Part shown: positions 54,671-64,000 of the stretch, piece by piece | Layout of the letters: each line of letters starts with the position of its first letter | How positions within the stretch are numbered: position 1 is the first letter of the stretch | Source of the DNA: Azolla caroliniana | Lineage: Eukaryota; Plantae; Polypodiophyta | NCBI GenBank assembly: GCA_043228905.1 | Contig: JBHGNT010000010.1 | Coordinates: 1 to 64,000 of the forward strand | Reading direction: 5' to 3' | DNA: 64,000 bases | The notes under the pieces: model-generated | Told to the model about the DNA's origin: nothing | The model's input: the letters and a program-made list of their open reading frames with translations, nothing else | The model's database searches: none | Position numbers and translations under genes: made by a program

Positions 54671-57600
54671 CATGTTTGAACACAAAAATCCGATATCACA
54701 CGAGCCAGGTATGAACATTTAAATTTACCTACTAGCTCTTCTCAACTCACTCCTCAAATTTGGTAATTTCGTCATATCTCTCGACCTGAGTTTCAAAATC
54801 TTGATTTTTTAATTTTATATGATAGCTAGCGTTGTTAGCTTCGATTCGCATGTTTGAACACAAAAATCCGATATCACACAAGCCAGGTATGAACAGTTTA
54901 ATTTACTCAAGGGCTCCTCCCAACTCCCTCCTCAAGTTTGCTATTTTCGTCATGTCTCTCGACCTGAGTTTCAAAATCTTGATTTTTTAATTCCATATCA
55001 TAGCTAGCGTTGTTAGCTTCGATTCGCATGTTTGAACACAAAAATCCGATATCACACGAGCCAGGTATGAACATTTTAATTTACCTACTAGCTCTTCTCA
55101 ACTCACTCCTCAAATTTGGTAATTTCGTCATATCTCTCGACCTGAGTTTCAAAATCTTGATTTTTTAATTCCATATCATAGCTAGCGTTGTTAGCTTCGA
55201 TTCGCATGTTTGAACACAAAAATCCGATATCACACGAGCCAGGTATGAACATTTAAATTTACTTACTAGCTCTTCTCAACTCACTCCTCAAATTTGGTAA
55301 TTTCGTCATATCTCTCGACCTGAGTTTCAAAATCTTGATTTTTTAATTCCATATCATAGCTAGCGTTGTTAGCTTCGATTCGCATATTTGAACACAAAAA
55401 TCCGATATCACACGAGCCAGGTATGAACATTTAAATTTACCTACTAGCTATTCTCAACTCACTCCTCAAATTTGGTAATTAAGTCATATCTCTCGACCTG
55501 ACTTTCAAAATCTTGATTTTTTAATACCATATCATAGCTAGCATTGTTAGCTTCGATTCGCATGTTTGAACACAAAAATCCGATATCACACCAGCCAGGT
55601 ATGAACATTTAAATTTACCTACTAGCTCTTCTCAACTCACTCCTCAAATTTGGTAATTTCGTCGTATCTCTCGACCTGACTTTCAAAATCTTGATTTTTA
55701 AATTCCATATCATAGCTAGCGTTGTTAGCTTCGATTTGCATGTTTGAGTACAGAAATCCGATATCACACGAGCCAGGTATGAACATTTTAATTTACTCAA
55801 GGGCTCCTCTCAACTCCCTCCTCAAGTTTGCTATTTTCGTCATATCTCTCGACCTGACTTTCAAAATCTTGATTTTTAAATTCCATATCATAGCTAGCGT
55901 TGTTAGCTTCGATTTGCATGTTTGAGTACAGAAATCCGATATCACACGAGCCAGGTATGAATATTTTAATTTACTCAAGGGCTCCTCTCAACTCCCTCCT
56001 AAAGTTTGCTATTTTCGTCATGTCTCTCGACCTGAGTTTCAAAATCTTGATTTTTTAATTCCATATCATAGCAAGCGTTGTTAGCTTCGATTCGCATGTT
56101 TGAACACAAGAATCCGATATCACACGAGCCAGGTATGAACATTTTAATTTACCCACTAGCTCTTCTGAACTCACTCCTCAAATTTGGTAATTTTGTCATA
56201 TCTCTCGACCTGAGTTTCAAAATCTTGATTTTTTAATTCCATATAATAGCTAGCGTCGTTAGCTTCGATTTGCATATTTGAACACAGAAATCCAATATCA
56301 CACGAGCCAGGTATGAACATTTTAATTTACTCAAGGGCTCCTCTCAACTCCCTCCTCAAGTTTGCTATTTTCGTCATGTCTCTCGACCTGAATTTTAAAA
56401 TCTTGATTTTTTAATTCCATATCATAGCTAGCGTTGTTAGCTTCGATTCGCATGTTTGAACACAAAACTCCGATACCACACGAGCCAGGTATGAACAGTT
56501 TAATTTACTCCAGGCCTCCTCTCAACTCCCTCCTAAAGTTTGCTATTTTCGTCATGTCTCTCGACCTGAGTTTCAAAATCTTGATTTTTTAATTCCATAT
56601 CATAGGTAGCGTTGTTAGCTTCGATTCGCATGTTTGCACACAAAAATCCAATATCACACGAGCCAGGTATGAACAGTTTAATTTACTCAAGGGCTCCTCC
56701 CAACTCCCTCCTCAAGTTTGCTATTTTCGTCATGTCTCTCGACCTGAGTTTCAAAATCTTGATTTTTTAATTCCATATCATAGCTAGTGTTGTTAGCTTC
56801 GATTCGCATGTTTGAACACAAAAATCCGATATCACACGAGCCAGGTATGAACATTTTAATTTACCTACTAGCTCTTCTCAACTCACTCCTCAAATTTGGT
56901 AATTTCGTCATATCTCTCGACCTGAGTTTTTAAAATCTTGATTTTTTAATTCCATATCATAGCTAGCGTTGTTAGCTTCGATTCGCATGTTTGAACACAA
57001 AACTCCGATTTCACACGAATCAGGTATGAACAGTTTAATTTACTCCAGGCCTCCTCTCAACTCCCTCCTAAAGTTTGCTATTTTCGTCATGTCTCTCGAC
57101 CTGAGTTTCAAAATCTTGATTTTTTAATTCCATATCATAGCTAGCGTTGTTAGCTTCGATTCGCATGTTTGAACACAAAAATCCGATATCACACGAGCCA
57201 GGTGTGAACATTTAAATTTACCTACTAGCTCTTCTCAACTCACTCCTCAAATTTGGTAATTTCGTCATATCTCTCGACCTGAGTTTCAAAATCTTGATTT
57301 TTTAATTCCATATCATAGCTAGCGTTGTTAGCTTCGATTCGCATGTTTGAACACAAAAATCCGATATCACACGAGCCAGGTATGAACATTTAAATTTACT
57401 TACTAGCTCTTCTCAACTCACTCCTCAAATTTGGTAATTTCGTCATATCTCTCGACCTGAGTTTCAAAATCTTGATTTTTTAATTCCATATCATAGCTAG
57501 CGTTGTTAGCTTCGATTCGCATTTTTGAACACAAAAATCCGATATCACACGAGCCAGGTATGAACATTTAAATTTACCTACTAGCTATTCTCAACTCACT

Positions 57601-60191
57601 CCTCAAATTTGGTAATTAAGTCATATCTCTCGACTTGACTTTCAAAATCTTGATTTTTTAATACCATATCATAGCTAGCATTGTTAGCTTCGATTCGCAT
57701 GTTTGAACACAAAAATCCGATATCACACCAGCCAGGTATGAACAATTAAATTTACCTACTAGCTCTTCTCAACTCACTCCTCAAATTTGGTAATTTCGTC
57801 ATATCTCTCGACCTGACTTTCAAAATCTTGATTTTTAAATTCCATATCATAGCTAGCGTTGTTAGCTTCGATTTGCATGTTTGAGTACAGAAATCCGATA
57901 TCACACGAGCCAGGTATGAACATTTTAATTTACTCAAGGGCTCCTCTCAACTCCCTCCTCAAGTTTGCTATTTTCGTCATATCTCTCGACCTGACTTTCA
58001 AAATCTTGATTTTTAAATTCCATATCATAGCTAGCGTTGTTAGCTTCGATTTGCATGTTTGAGTACAGAAATCCGATATCACACGAGCCAGGTATGAATA
58101 TTTTAATTTACTCAAGGGCTCCTCTCAACTCCCTCCTCAAGTTTGCTATTTTCGTCATGTCTCTCGACCTGAGTTTCAAAATCTTGATTTTTTAATTCCA
58201 TATCATAGCAAGCGTTGTTAGCTTCGATTCGCATGTTTGAACACAAGAATCCGATATCACAGGAGCCAGGTATGAACATTTTAATTTACCTACTAGCTCT
58301 TCTCAACTCACTCCTCAAATTTGGTAATTTTGTCATATCTCTCGACCTGAGTTTCAAAATCTTGATTTTTTAATTCCATATAATAGCTAGCGTCGTTAGC
58401 TTCGATTTGCATATTTGAACACAGAAATCCAATATCACACGAGCCAGGTATGAACATTTTAATTTACTCAAGGGCTCCTCTCAACTCCCTCCTCAAGTTT
58501 GCTATTTTCGTCATGTCTCTCGACCTGAATTTTAAAATCTTGATTTTTTAATTCCATATCATAGCTAGCGTTGTTAGCTTCGATTCGCATGTTTGAACAC
58601 AAAACTCCGATACCACACGAGCCAGGTATGAACAGTTTAATTTACTCCAGGCCTCCTCTCAACTCCCTCCTAAAGTTTGCTATTTTCGTCATGTCTCTCG
58701 ACCTGAGTTTCAAAATCTTGATTTTTTAATTCCATATCATAGGTAGCGTTGTTAGCTTCGATTCGCATGTTTGCACACAAAAATCCAATATCACACGAGC
58801 CAGGTATGAACAGTTTAATTTACTCAAGGGCTCCTCCCAACTCCCTCCTCAAGTTTGCTATTTTCGTCATGTCTCTCGACCTGAGTTTCAAAATCTTGAT
58901 TTTTTAATTCCATATCATAGCTAGTGTTGTTAGCTTCGATTCGCATGTTTGAACACAAAAATCCGATATCACACGAGCCAGGTATGAACATTTTAATTTA
59001 CCTACTAGCTCTTCTCAACTCACTCCTCAAATTTGGTAATTTCGTCATATCTCTCGACCTGAGTTTTTAAAATCTGGATTTTTTAATTCCATATCATAGC
59101 TAGCGTTGTTAGCTTCGATTCGCATGTTTGAACACAAAACTCCGATTTCACACGAATCAGGTATGAACAGTTTAATTTACCTACTAGCTCTTCTCAACTC
59201 ACTCCTCAAATTTGGTAATTTCGTCATATCTCTCGACCTGAGTTTTTAAAATCTTGATTTTTTAATTCCATATCATAGCTAGCGTTGTTAGCTTCGATTC
59301 GCATGTTTGAACACAAAACTCCGATTTCACACGAATCAGGTATGAACAGTTTAATTTACTCCAGGCCTCCTCTCAACTCCCTCCTAAAGTTTGCTATTTT
59401 CGTCATGTCTCTCGACCTGAGTTTCAAAATCTTGATTTTTTAATTCCATATCATAGCTAGCGTTGTTAGCTTCGATTCGCATGTTTGAACACAAAAATCC
59501 GATATCACACGAGCCAGGTGTGAACATTTAAATTTACCTACTAGCTCTTCTCAACTCACTCCTCAAATTTGGTAATTTCGTCATATCTCTCGACCTGAGT
59601 TTCAAAATCTTGATTTTTTAATTCCATATCATAGCTAGCGTTGTTAGCTTCGATTCGCATGTTTGAACACAAAAATCCGATATCACACGAGCCAGGTATG
59701 AACAGTTTAATTTACTCAAGGGCTCCTCCCAACTCCCTCCTCAAGTTTGCTATTTTCGTCATGTCTCTCGACCTGAGTTTCAAAATCTTGATTTTTTAAT
59801 TCCATATCATAGCTAGCATTGTTAGCTTCGATACGCATGTTTGAACACAAAAATCCGATATCACACGAGCCGGGTATGAACATTTAAATTTACCTACTAG
59901 CTATTCTCAACTCACTCCTCAAATTTGGTAATTAAGTCATGTCTCTCGACCTGAGTTTCAAAATGTTGTTTTTTTAATACCATATCATAGCTAGCATTGT
60001 TAGCTTCGATTCGCATGTTTGAACACAAAAATCCGATATCACACGAGCCAGGTATGAACATTTAAATTTACCTACTAGCTCTTCTCAACTCACTCCTCAA
60101 ATTTGGTAATTTCGTCATATCTCTCGACCTGAGTTTCAAAATCTTGATTTTTTAATTCCATATTATAGCTAGCGTTGTTAGCTTCGATTCG

Positions 60192-63100
60192 CATGTTTGA
60201 ACACAAAAATCCGATATCACACGAGCCAGGTATGAACATTTTAATTTACTCAAGGGCTTCTCTGAACTCACTCCTCAAATTTGGTAATCTCATCATATCT
60301 CTCGACCTGAGTTTCAAAATCTTGATTTTTTAATTCCATATCATAGCTAGCGTTGTTAGCTTCGATTCGCATGTTTGAACACAAAAATCCGATATCACAC
60401 GAGCCAGGTATGAACATTTTAATTTACTCAAGGCCTTCTCTCAACTCACTCCTCAAATTTGGTAATCTCATCATGTCTCTTGACCTGAGTTTGAAAATCT
60501 TGATTTTGTAATTCCATATCATAGCTAGCGTTGTTAGCTTCGATTCGCATGTTTGAACACAAAAATCCGATATCACACGAGCCAGGTATGAACATTTTAA
60601 TTTACCTCATAGCTCTTCTCAACTCACTCCTCAAATTTGGTAATCTCATCATGTCTCTCGACCTGAGTTTCAAAATCTTGATTTTTTAATTCCATATCAT
60701 AGCTAGCGTTGTTAGCTTCAATTCGCATGTTTGAACACAAAATTCTGATATCACACGAGCCAGGTATGAATATTTTAATTTACTCAAGGGCTTCTCTCAA
60801 CTCACTCCTCAAATTTGGTAATCTCATCATGTCTCTCGACGTGAGTTTCAAAATCTTGATTTTTTAATTCCATATCATAGCTAGCGTTGTTAACTTCGAT
60901 TCGCATGTTTGAACACAAAATTCTGATATCACACGAGCCAGGTATGAATATTTTAATTTACTCAAGGGCTTCTCTCAACTCACTCCTCAAATTTGGTAAT
61001 CTCATCATGTCTCTCGACCTGAGTTTCAAAATCTTGATTTTTTAATTCCATATCATAGCTAGCGTTGTTAGCTTCGATTCGCATGTTTGAATACAAAAAT
61101 CCGATATCACACGAGCCAGGTATGAACATTTTAATTTACTCAAGGCCTTCTCTCAACTCACTCCTCAAATTTGGTAATCTCATCATGTCTCTTGACCTGA
61201 GTTTGAAAATCTTGATTTTGTAATTCCATATCATAGCTAGCGTTGTTAGCTTGGATTTGCATGTTTGAACACAAAAATCCGATATCACACGAGCCAGGTA
61301 TGAACATTTTAATTTACCTCATAGCTCTTCTCAACTCACTCCTCAAATTTGGTAATCTCATCATGTCTCTCGACCTGAGTTTCAAAATCTTGATTTTTTA
61401 ATTCCATATCATAGCTAGCGTTGTTAGCTTCAATTCGCATGTTTGAACACAAAATTCTGATATCACACGAGCCAGGTATGAATATTTTAATTTACTCAAG
61501 GGCTTCTCTCAACTCACTCCTCAAATTTGGTAATCTCATCATGTCTCTCGACGTGAGTTTCAAAATCTTGATTTTTTAATTCCATATCATAGCTAGCGTT
61601 GTTAACTTCGATTCGCATGTTTGAACACAAAATTCTGATATCACACGAGCCAGGTATGAATATTTTAATTTACTCAAGGGCTTCTCTCAACTCACTCCTC
61701 AAATTTGGTAATCTCATCATGTCTCTCGACCTGAGTTTCAAAATCTTGATTTTTTAATTCCATATCATAGCTAGCGTTGTTAGCTTCGATTCGCATGTTT
61801 GAATACAAAAATCCGATATCACACGAGCCAGGTATGAACATTTTAATTTACTCAAGGCCTTCTCTCAACTCACTCCTCAAATTTGGTAATCTCATCATGT
61901 CTCTTGACCTGAGTTTGAAAATCTTGATTTTGTAATTCCATATCATAGCTAGCGTTGTTAGCTTCGATTCGCATGTTTGAACACAAAAATCCGATATCAC
62001 ACGAGCCAGGTATGAACATTTTAATTTACCTCATAGCTCTTCTCAACTCACTCCTCAAATTTGGTAATCTCATCATGTCTCTCGACCTGAGTTTCAAAAT
62101 CTTGATTTTTTAATTCCATATCATAGCTAGCGTTGTTAGCTTCAATTCGCATGTTTGAACACAAAATTCTGATATCACACGAGCCAGGTATGAATATTTT
62201 AATTTACTCAAGGGCTTCTCTCAACTCACTCCTCAAATTTGGTAATCTCATCATGTCTCTCGACGTGAGTTTCAAAATCTTGATTTTTTAATTCCATATC
62301 ATAGCTAGCGTTGTTAACTTCGATTCGCATGTTTGAACACAAAATTCTGATATCACACGAGCCAGGTATGAATATTTTAATTTACTCAAGGGCTTCTCTC
62401 AACTCACTCCTCAAATTTGGTAATCTCATCATGTCTCTCGACCTGAGTTTCAAAATCTTGATTTTTTAATTCCATATCATAGCTAGCGTTGTTAGCTTCG
62501 ATTCGCATGTTTGAACACAAAAATCTGATATCACACGAGCCAGGTATGAACATTTTAATTTACTCAAGGCCTTCTCTCAACTCACTCCTCAAATTTGGTA
62601 ATCTCATCATGTCTCTTGACCTGAGTTTGAAAATCTTGATTTTGTAATTCCATATCATAGCTAGCGTTGTTAGCTTGGATTTGCATGTTTGAACACAAAA
62701 ATCCGATATCACACGAGCCAGGTATGAACATTTTAATTTACCTCATAGGTCTTCTCAACTCACTCCTCAAATTTGGTAATCTCATCATGTCTCTCGACCT
62801 GAGTTTCAAAATCTTGATTTTTTAATTCCATATCATAGCTAGCGTTGTTAGCTTCAATTCGCATGTTTGAACACAAAATTCTGATATCACACGAGCCAGG
62901 TATGAATATTTTAATTTACTCAAGGGCTTCTCTCAACTCACTCCTCAAATTTGGTAATCTCATCATGTCTCTCGACGTGAGTTTCAAAATCTTGATTTTT
63001 TAATTCCATATCATAGCTAGCGTTGTTAACTTCGATTCGCATGTTTGAACACAAAATTCTGATATCACACGAGCCAGGTATGAATATTTTAATTTACTCA

Positions 63101-64000
63101 AGGGCTTCTCTCAACTCACTCCTCAAATTTGGTAATCTCATCATGTCTCTCGACCTGAGTTTCAAAATCTTGATTTTTTAATTCCATATCATAGCTAGCG
63201 TTGTTAGCTTCGATTCGCATGTTTGAACACAAAAATCCGATATCACACGAGCCAGGTATGAACATTTTAATTTACTCAAGGGCTTCTCTCAACTCACTCC
63301 TCAAATTTGGTAATCTCATCATGTCTCTTGACCTGAGTTTGAAAATCTTGATTTTTTAACTCCATATCATAGCTAGCGTTGTTAGCTTCGATTCGCATGT
63401 TTGAACACAAAATTCTGATATCACACGAGCCAGGTATGAACATTTTAATTTACCTCATAGCTCTTCTCAACTCACTCCTCAAATTTGGTAATTTCGTCAT
63501 GGCTCTCGACCTGAGTTTCAAAATCTTGATTTTTTAATTCCATATCATAGCTAGCGTAGTTAGCTTCGATTCGCATGTTTGAACACAAAATTCCGATATC
63601 ACACGAGCCAGGTATGAACATTTTAATTTACCTCATAGCTCTTCTCAACTCACTCCTCAAATTTGGTAATCTCATCATGTCTCTCGACCTGAGTTTCAAA
63701 ATCTTGATTTTTTAATTCCATATCATAGCTAGCGTTGTTAGCTTCGATTCGCATGTTTGACCACGAAATTCTGATATCACACGAGCCAGGTATGAACATT
63801 TTAATTTACCTCATAGCTCTTCTCAACTCACTCCTCAAATTTGGTAATCTCATCATGTCTCTCGACCTGAGTTTCAAAATCTTGATTTTTTAATTCCATA
63901 TCATAGCTAGCGTTGTTAGCTTCGATTCGCATGTTTGACCACGAAATTCTGATATCACACGAGCCAGGTATGAACATTTTAATTTACCTCATAGCTCTTC
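60192..64000. repeat. Subtype-C satellite domain with 712-bp 4-mer units (duplicate of 28199-32007)
   Basis: Same diagnostic variants and order as the 28199 domain at offset 31993. Confidence 0.9.

Larger units (their letters stand above)
2841..64000. repeat. Telomere-adjacent 178-bp tandem satellite array, about 340 monomers, single orientation
   Basis: The monomer CATGTTTGAACACAAAAATCCGATATCACACGAGCCAGGTATGAAC...TAGCGTTGTTAGCTTCGATTCG recurs at 2841, 3019, 3197, 3375 (period 178). Occasional 177, 179 and 145 bp variants occur. The only interruption is 35185-35411. Confidence 0.99.
35482..64000. repeat. Large segmental duplication within the satellite, copy 2 (runs off the window end)
   Basis: Collinear with 7760-32007, including the rare markers ACTCAGATACC (about 8843/36565) and GTAGCGATG (about 8982/36704), plus two extra internal tandem duplications. 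Confidence 0.93.

Noticed and set aside
4108-58115. Recurrent 61-aa (MSKLKCSY...) and 67-aa (MLASICMF...) ORFs
   Set aside because: They are about one monomer long, use non-ATG starts, overlap on both strands and appear only where a satellite variant removes a stop codon. They were useful only as positional markers.
2841-64000. CRISPR-like array (conserved part plus variable segment)
   Set aside because: The variable segments are homologous variants of each other, not unique spacers. The context is a eukaryotic telomere and there are no cas genes.

Overview
This window is a plant-type chromosome end and contains no credible genes. Positions 1-2841 are a pure Arabidopsis-type telomere, (CCCTAAA)n, about 406 copies. 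It joins abruptly to a head-to-tail, single-orientation, AT-rich 178-bp satellite array (about 340 monomers) that runs to the end of the window. The array is highly structured: three monomer subtypes, local higher-order repeats (4/8-, 8-, 11-, 12- and 16-mers), and a near-identical segmental duplication (7760-32007 repeated at 35482-64000). The only non-satellite sequence is a 227-bp GC-richer insert at 35185-35411. It looks like the truncated 5' part of an LTR and sits at the junction of the large duplication. All listed ORFs are by-products of the repeat. I cannot identify the species or say from sequence alone whether the satellite is subtelomeric or centromeric.
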